From: Nitrospirota bacterium
GTDB lineage: Bacteria; Nitrospirota; Nitrospiria; Nitrospirales; Nitrospiraceae
Assembly (NCBI GenBank): GCA_963703955.1
Contig: CAVPGK010000010.1
Location: 32,001 to 96,000 of the forward strand
DNA length: 64,000 bases
Direction of reading: 5' to 3'
The translations under genes and the position numbers were made by a program. Positions 21,748 through 33,043 of this stretch are shown piece after piece. Positions within the stretch are counted from its first letter, which is position 1, and the number at the start of each line of letters is the position of its first letter. The notes under the pieces are model-generated. The model worked only from the letters and a program-made list of their open reading frames with translations. It did no database searches and was not told the origin of the DNA.

Positions 21748-23238
21748 ATGCGGGTCAGGCTTGCAATGGTCATTCTTGGTCTGTTTGCCGTGGGTGGTCT
21801 CGGATGCGCGATGAATCCCGTGAGCGGGCGGCCGGAGGTGGCGCTGGTTTCTGTCGAGCAGGAGAAGAAGATCGGGGCGGAAGAGGCAAAGAAGGTCGAA
21901 CAGGAGATGGGCTTGCTCGACGATGCGGCGCTCACCGACTACCTCGATACTGTGGGGCAGCGGCTTGCGAAGGAGTCTCCGCGCAAGGACGTCGCGTATC
22001 AGTTTCACGTGGCCGACATGACGGAACCGAACGCGTTCGCCTTGCCGGGGGGCTATGTCTACGTCACCCGCGGCCTGCTCGCGCTCACGAACTCCGAAGA
22101 TGAGCTGGCCGGGGTGGTCGGGCATGAAGTCGGACACGTCGCCGCCAGGCACAGCGTGCAAAAGATTTCAAAGCAAGGGCCCTTTGCCGTGGTCTTCGGG
22201 ATCGTGTCCGGGATCACAGGCCTGGTCAGCCCTCTCGTTGGAAACATCGTGGGTGGAGTGGGCGACCTGACGCAGGGTCTCATATTCGCCCCCTACAGCC
22301 GAAGCCAAGAAAACGAAGCCGACCGGGTCGGACAGGAAATCGCCGCGCGGGCCGGGTGGAACCCGGCTGCCTTATCCGCGTTTCTGACGACCCTCGGGCG
22401 CGAGGTCGAACTGATGAGCAAGGAGCCCCGCAAACCCAGCTTTTTTGACTCTCATCCCGCGACGCCCGATCGTGTCGCGAAAACCGCAGAGCACGCCAAG
22501 GAGTTGACCCGCGCGACCCGCGAGCCGATCAGCGCCTCGCCGGACGCGTTCCTTGCTCGGCTGGATGGCCTCGTGGTTGGCCAACGGGCCGCGAACGGAA
22601 TCTTCGATGGTCAGACCTTTCTCCATCCTGACATGAACTTCTTCCTGCAGTTTCCGGAAAAATGGGAGCACGAGAACACCCCGCAGAAGATTGTCGCGGT
22701 GGCTCCCGATAAGGAGGCAGCGGTAGTGGTCGGAGCGGTTGCGGAGGGCAATGATCCACTTGAGGGAGCGCGTGTGATCGAAAAGGCCACCAAGTCCGAC
22801 CTGGTATCGCGTTCTCAGAGAATCATGATCGGCGACTTGCCTGCCGCGCATACTGAGATCGAAGATGGCAAAGTCAAACTCGATGTGACCTGGATTGCCC
22901 ATGGCTGGATGATCTACCAGGTGGTCGGCATGGCCCCGAGGAATCGATTCGAGACCATGCAAGCCGTCTTCCATAGTGTGTCGCACAGCTTCAGGCCCTT
23001 GACGGCGTCCGAACGCGCCAGCATCAAGGAAAAACGAATCCGCCTGGTGAAGGCTCATGCAGGGGAAACGATGGAGGCGCTCGAGACTCGCACCAACTCC
23101 GCCTGGAAGAAGGAACAGATCGCGGTGGCGAATAATCTCACGGTGGGTGACCATCTGAAGGAAGGGCAACTGATCAAGGTGGCCATAGCAGAGCCATACG
23201 AACCCGAAGAAGTCTCGGTAACAAGAATCAAGAGATGA
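21748..23238 (+). CDS. M48 family metalloprotease lipoprotein (copy 2)
   Basis: LGC lipobox, NPVSGR, PNAFALPGG, HEVGH, YSRSQENEAD, SHP. Collinear with copy 1. Confidence 0.9.
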   Translation: MRVRLAMVILGLFAVGGLGCAMNPVSGRPEVALVSVEQEKKIGAEEAKKVEQEMGLLDDAALTDYLDTVGQRLAKESPRKDVAYQFHVADMTEPNAFALPGGYVYVTRGLLALTNSEDELAGVVGHEVGHVAARHSVQKISKQGPFAVVFGIVSGITGLVSPLVGNIVGGVGDLTQGLIFAPYSRSQENEADRVGQEIAARAGWNPAALSAFLTTLGREVELMSKEPRKPSFFDSHPATPDRVAKTAEHAKELTRATREPISASPDAFLARLDGLVVGQRAANGIFDGQTFLHPDMNFFLQFPEKWEHENTPQKIVAVAPDKEAAVVVGAVAEGNDPLEGARVIEKATKSDLVSRSQRIMIGDLPAAHTEIEDGKVKLDVTWIAHGWMIYQVVGMAPRNRFETMQAVFHSVSHSFRPLTASERASIKEKRIRLVKAHAGETMEALETRTNSAWKKEQIAVANNLTVGDHLKEGQLIKVAIAEPYEPEEVSVTRIKR

Positions 23239-23255
23239 ATGCGGAATCCTGAGCG

Positions 23256-24629
23256 ATGAGATGGCTTTTCAGACCCCTGATTCTCCTCTTCTTGGCAGTT
23301 CTGGGGTGCGAATACGTCCGTCCCACTCTCAACGCCCCCCTCAAACAGTGGGACCCCCAGTACGGTTACCGATACCAGAACCTCGCTCCACCGGAGAAAG
23401 GCAACTCGGACAGTCTTCTCGTTATCGCGGCCTTCTCCGGCGGGGGGACGAGGGCTTCCACGCTGGCCTTCGGAGCGCTCCGGGAACTTGCGCGCCAGCA
23501 GATTACCTGGGAAGGCAAGCAGAAACGTCTGGTGGACGAACTCGATGTGATCTATGCCTTGTCAGGAGGAACCTTCACAGGCGCCTATTATGCACTATTC
23601 GGGGATCAGATCTTCCACGACTTCGAATACCGTTTCCTGCGGAAAGATTGGGAGAGCGAGCTCAGGTCGCGCATCCTCCGATCGCCCAGCAATTGGTTCC
23701 GGCTCTGGTCACCCTATTTCGGCCGTATCTATATCATGGCCGAAATGTTGGATGAAGCCCTGTTCGAGCGCAAGACCTTTGGCGATCTAGTCAGCCTCAG
23801 GAGCCGGCCAGCTATTCTCATCCATGCTTCGGACATGGCCACGCTCTCGCGCTTTGAGTTCAACCAGGCGCAATTTGATATCATGTGCTCCGACCTCAAC
23901 CAATTACCGATCGCCCGCGCGTCCGCGGCCTCCGCCGCGCTCCCGCTTGTCCTCAGCCCGATCACGCTCAAGAACTACGCCGGGCAGTGTGGATACCAGC
24001 CACCGGAGTGGTTGGTCGAGGCCGGAAAGTCCGCGAGACCAGGGCAGCGGCAACGAGCAAAGGAGCTCCTGTCCTACCTGGATGTGGACAAGCGGCCCCA
24101 TGTCCATCTCCTCGATGGCGGACTCTCCGACAACATGGCGTTGAGAGGCGTGTTGGAAGGAGTCGGCGTCACGGGCGGCCTGGAGAAAGGGCTCAAGAAC
24201 GCCGGGATCAAGAAAATACAGAAGCTCGTCTTCATTTCCGTCAATGCCGAGACCAGTCCGGATGTGAACGAATACCGCAGCGATGAGATACCCGTCATGT
24301 CACGGGCTATGGGTGCCCTCGTGGACATCCCCATCAACCGCTACTCGGCGGATACCCTTCTGATCCTGCGCCTTGCCCTTCAGAAATGGAAGGAAGATCT
24401 TCGAAAGAAGCCCCCACCTGAAGGCAGCATCTTTGCCTCGGATGCGGACATCTACTTTGTTGACGTGAGTCTCGGTGCAATTGAGGACGCGGAGGAGCAG
24501 CTCTACCTCATGAAGATTCCGACGACTCTCTATCTCACCGATGTACAGATCGACCACCTGCTCAGCGCGGCGGCCAATCTGATGCGCAACGATAAGGACT
24601 TTCAGCGGCTCCTCAAAGACTTGCAGTAG
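23256..24629 (+). CDS. Patatin-like phospholipase lipoprotein
   Basis: LGC lipobox, FSGGGTRAS oxyanion motif, ALSGG nucleophile elbow, DGG. Confidence 0.88.
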   Translation: MRWLFRPLILLFLAVLGCEYVRPTLNAPLKQWDPQYGYRYQNLAPPEKGNSDSLLVIAAFSGGGTRASTLAFGALRELARQQITWEGKQKRLVDELDVIYALSGGTFTGAYYALFGDQIFHDFEYRFLRKDWESELRSRILRSPSNWFRLWSPYFGRIYIMAEMLDEALFERKTFGDLVSLRSRPAILIHASDMATLSRFEFNQAQFDIMCSDLNQLPIARASAASAALPLVLSPITLKNYAGQCGYQPPEWLVEAGKSARPGQRQRAKELLSYLDVDKRPHVHLLDGGLSDNMALRGVLEGVGVTGGLEKGLKNAGIKKIQKLVFISVNAETSPDVNEYRSDEIPVMSRAMGALVDIPINRYSADTLLILRLALQKWKEDLRKKPPPEGSIFASDADIYFVDVSLGAIEDAEEQLYLMKIPTTLYLTDVQIDHLLSAAANLMRNDKDFQRLLKDLQ

Positions 24630-24649
24630 CCCGGATTATTCATGAATAT

Positions 24650-24815
24650 CGTTACAAGGCAATTGAGAAAGCCCCGCTCGCTACGGCCTTTGATAACTAC
24701 CAGCCACAGGAGAAGGGACGCCGACATCTATTTCATTAACGCCAGCCTCGCGGCTCATCCCCGCAATTCATCCGAATTTCAACGGTTGATGACGGATTTG
24801 CAGAGCGACCGCTGA
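24650..24815 (+). pseudogene. C-terminal remnant of a third patatin paralog
   Basis: Translates to DADIYFINASL and EFQRLMTDLQSDR*, matching DADIYFVDVSL and DFQRLLKDLQ* of the upstream gene, with the middle missing. Confidence 0.7.
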
Positions 24816-25013
24816 GTCAGAGCGGACACGATTTTGAAATACGGAAAATCCGGTGACTCACGGACAATTCCCCGCTGGTACCCGGAGCGGCAAAGCTAGT
24901 GAGGATCATCCCCCTGGCGGCCGGGATGACCACGCGAATGCGGCCTGTGGCTGTCTGGCATGATTGGCATCGAGCACCCGCCTGCGAGCTTGGGAAGTGA
25001 AAATCGAAGGCTT

Positions 25014-26447
25014 CTAATCACCCTTCCCTCCGAGATCGCGCACCAACCTCTGGAAATCCGGCGAATCGAATAGAATCCGTTGCCCCACATGCCGCAGGCG
25101 ATCGACCTGCTCGTCCGACAGATTGAAGCTGGTGGGCAAATCCAGGAAGCCCTGGCGCTCCTTGAGGTCCGCCATGGCGTTGAACGTGACTTCAATCACG
25201 TAATAGTCGAGAGGCTGGCGATCGGGGTGTTCCTCCTGCCGAAGGCTAGACCACTCCTTCACCAACTGGCGCAGAAGGGCCACTGACTCAAACGTGTAGT
25301 TGTTGATCATCGCCGTGAGGGCCACATCGCCGATGTCGGTCAACCCGGGATCTTCCTCCAGCAGGCTCCAGCGCCGAGTCGAGTGCTTGGTTTCCGCATT
25401 GACGATGATGAATGCGACACGCTTGGCTTTATCCAGGCCGCGCGCGCGTAGTGCCGCTGACGCGTCGCCGGTGGCCACCAAGAAATCGAGTATCCCGCGC
25501 AACCCAAGATTATCGCTGACCACTCCATCCACCAGGTGGATGAACGGCTTGTCATTCCACTCCGTGTAGGCTTGAAACTGCGTCGCAAGACGGTACGATC
25601 GGCTCGAATAGTCCCGTTTTGCGAGCGCGTTCGTTAACCATGCTTCTTCGCGGAAGCCGCACTGTCCGGCGTAATTCCGGAGCGTGATCGCGCCAAACGG
25701 GCCGGGCATGGACGACGAGGCTGCCGTCGCTCTGGCGAGCGGAAACGCGGAGAGATCAGAGCAGATCAGGCCGAACTGCAGAGGTATAAACAAAAAGTAA
25801 TTCCCGTCCGAGATGTCGGTGGCCTGAATCAGCAGATATGGTGCTTTGCCAGGTTCGAGATCTTTGTAGGTCGCGCCGTGAAAAAGATGATCGTCAAGGT
25901 ATTCGGCTTGCAGATCGCTCTTGCTGAAGTATGCGGACCCAACCCGAATCATGTTGTAGGGATTGAGCAGGCGCCCGATGAGCCCCCAGGTGACGTTCCG
26001 ATATAGAAACTCCTCTTTGAAGCCCTTGAAGATCCCATCGCCATGCAGGGCAAAGTACGCGGCGGTGATGCTGCCACCGGAGACTCCCGTCACAGCATCC
26101 ACTTCATGGGTGAGCCGATGGCTCTCTTTTTTCACCTGATTCTCCGAAGAGGAAGGATGAGAAGGGGGGGAGACTTCAATCTGGGCCAAACCTTCCAGGA
26201 CGCCGTATGCCAGCGCCGCCGCCCTCGTACCTCCGCCGGAAAAGGCCAGCACCAGGAAAAGCTCGTCCGAACGATTCGGAGCATTGAAGGCTAGTTCCTC
26301 GCTCACTTGGGCCAGGTCGAACTTCTTCAGTTTCGGATTCACGGGGTAGTGGGCGCAGCCTCCGATGATCGCCGTGATCAAGACAACCCAGACCATCAGC
26401 GTGGTCACTGACAGTGTTCCTCGATTCATCCCTTTCACGGACGACAT
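25014..26447 (-). CDS. Patatin-like phospholipase lipoprotein
   Basis: GGC lipobox, FSGGGTRAA, GVSGG, DGV in place of DGG. Confidence 0.88.
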   Translation of the reverse strand: MSSVKGMNRGTLSVTTLMVWVVLITAIIGGCAHYPVNPKLKKFDLAQVSEELAFNAPNRSDELFLVLAFSGGGTRAAALAYGVLEGLAQIEVSPPSHPSSSENQVKKESHRLTHEVDAVTGVSGGSITAAYFALHGDGIFKGFKEEFLYRNVTWGLIGRLLNPYNMIRVGSAYFSKSDLQAEYLDDHLFHGATYKDLEPGKAPYLLIQATDISDGNYFLFIPLQFGLICSDLSAFPLARATAASSSMPGPFGAITLRNYAGQCGFREEAWLTNALAKRDYSSRSYRLATQFQAYTEWNDKPFIHLVDGVVSDNLGLRGILDFLVATGDASAALRARGLDKAKRVAFIIVNAETKHSTRRWSLLEEDPGLTDIGDVALTAMINNYTFESVALLRQLVKEWSSLRQEEHPDRQPLDYYVIEVTFNAMADLKERQGFLDLPTSFNLSDEQVDRLRHVGQRILFDSPDFQRLVRDLGGKGD

Positions 26448-26490
26448 ACGTACTGTGACCTAGCCTCAAGCTTTCTTCCTTATCGCCGGT

Positions 26491-27094
26491 CTACTCCTCT
26501 TCCGGAGCGCCGAGCCGGACACCGCCCCTGGCATAATCACTGAAAATCAGGAAGCCACCCTCCATCATGCACCCGTCCCCGCACAGGGCGTACACATTGA
26601 AATTGATCACGTCCTCGAAGCCGGGCCGATTGAAATGAGCGGCCATCCAGCGGCCGGCGATCGCCATGCCGACGCTGTTGGCCAGGCCCTGTCCCAGCGG
26701 GCCGGTGGTGGTCTCCACGCCGGTAGTCCACCGGTATTCGGGATGCCCCGGGCAACGGCTGCCCCACTGTCGAAATCGTTTGATCGCGTCCAACGGCACC
26801 GAAGGGGTGCCGAGTCGCTCGTAATCTTTGCTGACTGCCTTGACGCCGGTGAGATGCAACAGCGTATAGAGCAGCATCGAGGCATGGCCGACCGACAGCA
26901 CGAAGCGGTCGCGGTTGGGCCAGATCGGGATCTTGCGGATCGAACCGGAGAAATCGCTGCCACAGGCAGTAGGCCACGGGGGCCAACGCCATGGGCGTCC
27001 CGGGATGGCCCGAGTTGGCCTGCTGAATGGCGTCCATGGACAACGTGCGAATCGTGTTGATGCAGAGTTGATCGAGTTGTTCATGGGTCATCAC
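26491..27094 (-). pseudogene. tkt: Transketolase remnant (N-terminus plus a short internal piece)
   Basis: [49 protein letters not shown] joined directly to [10 protein letters not shown], then a stop. Confidence 0.88.
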
Positions 27095-27132
27095 AAGCCT
27101 CTCAGGATATGTGTTGTCGGTGGAACGATGCG

Positions 27133-28773
27133 TCAGCCCGGCAGGCGAAGCCGGCGGTAACGCCGGATCAACGCGTTGGTCGAGCTGTCGTGTCGGAGCT
27201 CGGGGTCAGTCCCGGTCGTCAATTCCGGCGTAATCCGTTTGGCCAGCACTTTGCCCAGCTCCACGCCCCACTGGTCGAACGAGTTGACGCGCCAGATCGT
27301 GCCTTGGACGAAGACCTTGTGCTCGTAGAGCGCGATCAACTTGCCGAGTATCTCCGGCGTCAGTTGCTCGACCAGGATGGTATTGGTCGGGCGGTTCCCT
27401 GGAAACGTGCGGTGCGGCACCAGGGCCGGAGGCGCTCCTTCAGCTTCCACTTCCGCGGCCGTTTTGCCAAAGGCCAGCGCCTCCGTCTGCGCGAACAGAT
27501 TGGACGCTAGCAGATCGTGATGCTGCCCCATGGGATTGAGTGACCGGCAGAAACCGATGAAGTCGCACGGGATCAACCTAGTGCCCTGATGGATCAACTG
27601 GTAGTACGCATGCTGGCCGTTGGTGCCAGGCTGTCCCCAAATGATCGGGCCCGTGTGGTAATTCACCGTGTTCCCATCCCGGTCCACGCGCTTCCCGTTA
27701 CTTTCCATATCGAGCTGCTGCAGATAGGCGCTCAGCCGACCGAGGTAGTGATCATAGGGCAGAATCGCCTGGGACTCTGCGCCGAAGAAATTCACGTACC
27801 AGAGTCCGATGAGACCCAGCAGCACGGGCAGGTTTTTGTCGAACGGGGCGGTCCGGAAATGCTCGTCCATCGCATGGTATCCGCCCAGCATCTCGCGGAA
27901 CCGTTCGGGTCCGATAGCGACCATCAGTGAGAGGCCGATGGCCGATGGCAGCGAGTAGCGGCCTCCGACCCAGTCCCAGAATTCAAACATGTTGGCGGGA
28001 TCGATTCCGAATTTCTCGACTTCGTCCGCGTTCGTGGACACGGCCACGAAGTGGCGAGCCACCGCCTTGTCGTTCTTGAGTGCTTGCAGGCACCACGCAC
28101 GCGCGGTCTGCGCGTTGACGAGAGTCTCCTGCGTGGTAAAGGTCTTCGAGCAGACGATGAACAGGGTCTCCTCCGGATTGAGGCCCCGGGTCGACTCGGC
28201 GATATCAGTCGCGTCCACGTTGGAGACAAAACGAACCGCCAGCGCGCGATCGCTATACACCCGCAGCGCCTCGTAGGCCATGACGGGCCCCAGGTCCGAG
28301 CCCCCGATGCCGATGTTCACGACACTGCGAATGCGCTTGCCGGTATGGCCCTTCCACTCACCGCTGCGGACGCGGTTTGCGAAACTGGCCATTTTCTCGA
28401 TCACCGCGTGGACCTTCGGCATCACGTTGTCGCCGTCCACTCTAATGGTGGAGCCGGCGGGGGCGCGCAGCGCGACGTGGAGGACCGCGCGATTCTCCGT
28501 TACATTGAGCTTGTCGCCGCGGAACATCGCGTCGATACCGGTGCGCAAGCCGGCGGCGTTCGCGAGGTCGAGCAACAGACGCATCGTGTCATCCGTGAGG
28601 CGGTTTTTCGAATAGTCGAGATAGATGCCCTGCGCGTCGCACACCAAGCGCGCGCCGCGCCCGGGATCTTTCGCAAACAGATCCCGCATATGCACGGTCT
28701 TGATCGCTTCGTAATGCTCACGGAGGGCGCTCCAGGCAGCGCCTTGCGTGAGTGGAACTGCGCCGCTCGTCAT
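27133..28773 (-). CDS. pgi: Glucose-6-phosphate isomerase
   Basis: [61 protein letters not shown] before 28773. Confidence 0.97.
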   Translation of the reverse strand: MTSGAVPLTQGAAWSALREHYEAIKTVHMRDLFAKDPGRGARLVCDAQGIYLDYSKNRLTDDTMRLLLDLANAAGLRTGIDAMFRGDKLNVTENRAVLHVALRAPAGSTIRVDGDNVMPKVHAVIEKMASFANRVRSGEWKGHTGKRIRSVVNIGIGGSDLGPVMAYEALRVYSDRALAVRFVSNVDATDIAESTRGLNPEETLFIVCSKTFTTQETLVNAQTARAWCLQALKNDKAVARHFVAVSTNADEVEKFGIDPANMFEFWDWVGGRYSLPSAIGLSLMVAIGPERFREMLGGYHAMDEHFRTAPFDKNLPVLLGLIGLWYVNFFGAESQAILPYDHYLGRLSAYLQQLDMESNGKRVDRDGNTVNYHTGPIIWGQPGTNGQHAYYQLIHQGTRLIPCDFIGFCRSLNPMGQHHDLLASNLFAQTEALAFGKTAAEVEAEGAPPALVPHRTFPGNRPTNTILVEQLTPEILGKLIALYEHKVFVQGTIWRVNSFDQWGVELGKVLAKRITPELTTGTDPELRHDSSTNALIRRYRRLRLPG

Positions 28774-28846
28774 CGCATCACCTCCTTGGCATTCCAACGG
28801 TTTCCCATGTGGTCTCTTCTCCCTGATGCCGTCGCGGCGCTCGCGC

Positions 28847-29431
28847 TCAGAAGTGAACCGGCGCGTTCCATTGCTTGATCGCCGGAATGCCACGGTAGTA
28901 GCTCAGGATGTTCATTGTGGCCGTACCTAGCAAAAAGCGTTGGCCTTCCGAAGGAGGGAGGCCCAGCCAGCGAGCCCCAAAGACTCTGAGCACGTGCCCA
29001 TGGGCGAACAATATGACATCGCCCGTGACGGCGCGCGCTCTCTCAATCACACGATCGACCCGTGCGCCGATTTCCCCTGGCTGTTCTCCGCCTGGGCCAC
29101 CATCTCGAAAGAGCAGCCAGCCCGGGGCCGTCGCATGGATCTGGCCGGGCGTCAATCCCTCATAACGCCCGTAGTTCCACTCCACCAGGTCAGGCTCGAT
29201 GTGTGCCACATCCCCGAAACCGGCCAGCCGACAGGTATCCCGGGCTCGTTGCAAGGGACTCGTCAGGGCCAACGCGAACGACTCCTTCGCAAGGATCGGC
29301 TGTAATAATCTGGCCACCTGTCGACCGTTTTCCGTCAGCGGGATATCGGTGATCCCGGTGTGTCGTCCGTTGAGACTCCACTCGGTTTCGCCGTGACGTA
29401 CGAGAAACACCTGTTGCGCTGGAACAGGCAT
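28847..29431 (-). CDS. Histidine phosphatase (Rv3214/Shb17-like subgroup)
   Basis: [43 protein letters not shown]. Confidence 0.88.
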   Translation of the reverse strand: MPVPAQQVFLVRHGETEWSLNGRHTGITDIPLTENGRQVARLLQPILAKESFALALTSPLQRARDTCRLAGFGDVAHIEPDLVEWNYGRYEGLTPGQIHATAPGWLLFRDGGPGGEQPGEIGARVDRVIERARAVTGDVILFAHGHVLRVFGARWLGLPPSEGQRFLLGTATMNILSYYRGIPAIKQWNAPVHF

Positions 29432-29503
29432 AGCAAGCCTACCGAATTTGAGCACGAGTACTGCGCCGTTTGAGTGAGAAAGACGAGACGATTGGGCTCG
29501 CGG

Positions 29504-31075
29504 TCATGATGCGGCGTCCTCCACGCTTCCGACCGTCTGCTGACTGCGAAGCCCGGACGAGCGGTTCGAGGTGGTCGTTAGCGCTCGCAGCCATTCGAAG
29601 GCCGAGTCGGACAGCATCTGCTCTGTGCAGCGCCAGCGCCAGTTGCCCTCGGCACTGCCTGGCACGTTCATCCGGGCCTCTCTACCCAGGTTGAGCACAT
29701 CCTGTAGCGGCGCGAGCGCGAGCGCGGCAATCGACGACCAGGCCAGACTGAGCAGCGCGGGCGCCGCCTCGCTGCTATCGCCCCCGGAACGATTCATACA
29801 ACTCCAGAGGTTCCGCCGCTGGTCGTCCGGCAGATCCTCGTACCACTCGCGGGTCGTGGGGTTGTCATGGGTACCGGTGTACACCACGGTATTCGCAACA
29901 TAGTTGCTCGGCAGGTGTGGGTTGTCCGCATGACCGTCGAAGGCGAACTGGAGGACTCGCGTCCCTGGCACATTGAAGCGGTCGCGGAGAACGTAGACGT
30001 CCGGCGTAATCAGCCCCAAGTCCTCCGCGATGAACGGAACCCCGCGCAGCTCTTTCTTGACGGTACTGAATAATTCGGCCCCGGGCCCCGGCACCCAGCG
30101 GCCAGTTTGGGCCGTCGGCGCGCCGGCCGGAACGTGCCAGGCGGCCGCGAACGCGCGGAAATGGTCCAGGCGAATGACGTCCACGTGGGCGAGCAATGCG
30201 CGCACGCGGTCCACCCACCAACGGTAGCCGGTCCGGCGCAGCGCGTCCCAGTCGTAGACGGGGTTGCCCCAGAGCTGTCCCTGGGCACTGAAGTAGTCGG
30301 GCGGGACACCGGCGACGACACGCGGCCGGCCTTGCTCATCCAGCAAGAACAGCTTAGGGTTCGCCCACACGTCACTCGAGTCCGGAGACACGAAGACCGG
30401 CAGGTCACCGATCAGCCGCACGCCACGGGCTTGCGCATGCTGCTTCAGGCGTGTCGCCTGGCGAAAGAGCAGGAACTGGGCTAGGCGGAACTGATCGATC
30501 TGGCTCGCCAACTCCTGCCGGACCTTGTCCAGAGCCCCCGGAGCGCGACGGGCCAGCTCGGCCGGCCACTCAAGATAGTGGACCCCACCGTACCTCAACT
30601 TCAGTGCGCGAAACAGCGCGTAGTCCTCCAGCCAGCAGGCATGGTCCTGGCAGAACTGTGCATAGGCGGGCCGCAGATCCGGACGTGCGCCGGCATTGAA
30701 GTTGGTCCAGGCCATGTCGAGCAGCCGGAGCTTGAACAAGAAGACGGCGTCATAGTCGACCACGTCTGACGAGAATGACCCACCCTTGCAATCGCTCACC
30801 CGCAACAGTCCGTCTTCGATCAACCAGTCCGGGCTCACGAGGAGGCCATTGCCGGCGAATGACGACAGTGGTTGATACGGAGAATTGCCGTCGCCTACGC
30901 CGATTGATCCCACCGGCAGCGCCTGCCACCAGCTCTGCCCCGCCTCGTGGAGGCGGTCAATCCAGGCGAGCGCCGTTGGGCCCACATCGCCGATGCCGTA
31001 GGGCGAGGGCAGCGACGTGACGTGCAGCAACACGCCAGAGGCCCTGTAGTTGGACGGAAATGGGGGTAGGCTCAT
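29504..31075 (-). CDS. malQ: 4-alpha-glucanotransferase (amylomaltase, GH77)
   Basis: [50 protein letters not shown]. Confidence 0.96.
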   Translation of the reverse strand: MSLPPFPSNYRASGVLLHVTSLPSPYGIGDVGPTALAWIDRLHEAGQSWWQALPVGSIGVGDGNSPYQPLSSFAGNGLLVSPDWLIEDGLLRVSDCKGGSFSSDVVDYDAVFLFKLRLLDMAWTNFNAGARPDLRPAYAQFCQDHACWLEDYALFRALKLRYGGVHYLEWPAELARRAPGALDKVRQELASQIDQFRLAQFLLFRQATRLKQHAQARGVRLIGDLPVFVSPDSSDVWANPKLFLLDEQGRPRVVAGVPPDYFSAQGQLWGNPVYDWDALRRTGYRWWVDRVRALLAHVDVIRLDHFRAFAAAWHVPAGAPTAQTGRWVPGPGAELFSTVKKELRGVPFIAEDLGLITPDVYVLRDRFNVPGTRVLQFAFDGHADNPHLPSNYVANTVVYTGTHDNPTTREWYEDLPDDQRRNLWSCMNRSGGDSSEAAPALLSLAWSSIAALALAPLQDVLNLGREARMNVPGSAEGNWRWRCTEQMLSDSAFEWLRALTTTSNRSSGLRSQQTVGSVEDAAS

Positions 31076-32721
31076 CGGTCACTCCTCAGTGAGTTGTTTA
31101 CCATCTCCTGCGCTTCGCTCACGAGGGTCTCTAGGTGGCCCTCATTCTTGAAGCTCTCTGCATAGATCTTGTAGATGTTTTCGGTCCCCGAGGGCCGGGC
31201 CGCGAACCAGCCGTAGGCGGTAATGACTTTCAATCCGCCGATCGAGGCGTTGTTGCCCGGCGCTTTGGTTAGCTTGGCAGTGATCTGGTCGCCGGCGAGG
31301 GTCGATGCCGTGACGGCATCGGGCGACAACTTCCCCAGCCTTTCCTTCTGCTCGGGCGTGGCCGCCGCATCGATGCGCCTGTAGAGGGGTTTTCCAAATT
31401 CAGCCGTCAGTTCGCGGTAGTGCTCCCCCGGATCTTTGCCGGTTCTGGCCGTGATCTCGGCTGCGAGCAGATTCATGATCGGGCCGTCCTTGTCTGTCGT
31501 CCAGACGGTCCCGTCCAACCGCAAGAAGCTCGCTCCAGCGCTCTCCTCGCCGCCGAAGCAGAACGAGCCATCGAATAGGCCCGAAACAAACCACTTGAAG
31601 CCGACCGGTACTTCGCACAGCCGGCGACCGAGCTTGGCGACGACACGATCGATCATGCCACTCGACACCAAGGTCTTGCCGACCAACGCGTCGGTAGGCC
31701 ACTGAGGTCGATGCGTGAGCAGATAACGAATCGCCACGGCGAGATAGTGGTTGGGGTTCATCAGCCCGGCAGACGGCGTGACGATCCCGTGACGGTCCGA
31801 GTCCGGGTCGTTGGCAAAGGCGAGGCGAAACCGGTCCTTCAGGCTGACGAGGCGGGCCATCGCATAGGGGCTCGAGCAGTCCATCCGGATCTTGCCGTCG
31901 TGATCAACCGTCATGAAGGAGAAGGTCGGATCGACTGTCGGATTCACCACGGTGATGTTCAACTTATAAACCTTATTGATCGGCTCCCAGTAATGGACCG
32001 CGGCGCCGCCAAGCGGATCCACACCCAGCACGGGACCCGCCTCGCGGATGATCTCCATGTCGATCACATTCCGAAGGTCTTGAACGTAGGGCGGGATGAA
32101 ATCTTCCTGCCGCGTGGTCGCAGCCTTGAACGCCTTCTCGAACGGCACGCGTTTGACGCCGGCGTTACCTTCCCGCAGTAATGCATTCGCACGATCCTGC
32201 ATCCATTTCGTCACATCAGTATCGGCCGGTCCGCCGTTGGGCGGGTTGTACTTGATGCCCCCGTCCTCCGGCGGGTTATGCGAGGGCGTGACAACGATAC
32301 CGTCCGCGGGATGCGCCTTGCGGCCCCGGTTGTAAACCAGGATGGCTCGTGAAATGACAGGCGTAGGCGTCACCTCGTCGTCCTGTTGGATGACGGTGTG
32401 CACGTCGTTCGCCGCAAGGACTTCGAGCGCCGTGCGCTGAGCCGGTCCGGACAGCGCGTGCGTATCCTTGCCCATATAGAGCGGGCCGTCGGTGCCCTGA
32501 CCGCGCCGGTAGTCGCAAATGGCCTGCGTAATGGCGAGAATGTGCGCCTCGTTGAACGAGCCGCGGAACGACGATCCGCGATGCCCGCTCGTGCCGAAGG
32601 CGACCGACTGGTTGGGATCTCCCATATCCGGCTTGCGCGCGTAATAGTCCCCTTCGAGCTTGGCCAGATCCACCAACATCTCCTTCGGAGCCGGCTTGCC
32701 TGCTAAGGGTGAAATCGCCAT
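31072..32721 (-). CDS. pgm: Phosphoglucomutase
   Basis: [42 protein letters not shown]. Confidence 0.96.
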   Translation of the reverse strand: MAISPLAGKPAPKEMLVDLAKLEGDYYARKPDMGDPNQSVAFGTSGHRGSSFRGSFNEAHILAITQAICDYRRGQGTDGPLYMGKDTHALSGPAQRTALEVLAANDVHTVIQQDDEVTPTPVISRAILVYNRGRKAHPADGIVVTPSHNPPEDGGIKYNPPNGGPADTDVTKWMQDRANALLREGNAGVKRVPFEKAFKAATTRQEDFIPPYVQDLRNVIDMEIIREAGPVLGVDPLGGAAVHYWEPINKVYKLNITVVNPTVDPTFSFMTVDHDGKIRMDCSSPYAMARLVSLKDRFRLAFANDPDSDRHGIVTPSAGLMNPNHYLAVAIRYLLTHRPQWPTDALVGKTLVSSGMIDRVVAKLGRRLCEVPVGFKWFVSGLFDGSFCFGGEESAGASFLRLDGTVWTTDKDGPIMNLLAAEITARTGKDPGEHYRELTAEFGKPLYRRIDAAATPEQKERLGKLSPDAVTASTLAGDQITAKLTKAPGNNASIGGLKVITAYGWFAARPSGTENIYKIYAESFKNEGHLETLVSEAQEMVNNSLRSDR

Positions 32722-32757
32722 GAGTTTCCTTCCTTCTCTGTGACAGATCGTCGTGGT

Positions 32758-32954
32758 GTTACGGCCAGCGTTGTGACACGAGATCGCGAATCGACCGTGC
32801 CACCGCTTCGAACTGTTGACGCAAGTCGGCCTTCTTGAGACCAACACATGGTCGAAGGTCAGATGTCGTCATACAGGGCATCGTTCGTGCCGGAGAACTG
32901 GATGGGTCCGCATCCGTATCGTTCAAGAATTTCATTCAGATGGTCCTTTTGCAT
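32758..32954 (-). pseudogene. glgP: N-terminal remnant of a second glucan phosphorylase
   Basis: RBS AGGAGG plus ATG at 32954. Reads ERYGCGPIQFSGTNDALY...HLTFDHV...[17 protein letters not shown], matching the N-terminus of the intact gene at 44619. Confidence 0.85.
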
Positions 32955-33043
32955 ACAACCTCCTGTAGACGGAACGCTCCTGCTCAGTTACTCGCCCGAT
33001 ACGTCCATACGAGGTTCAATCAGATTCATGGCGTATCTAGCCA

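Noticed and set aside
32722..32847. N-terminal extension of Pgm in the ORF track
   Set aside because: It is the out-of-frame tail of the glgP stub. Pgm homology starts at MAISPLAGK.
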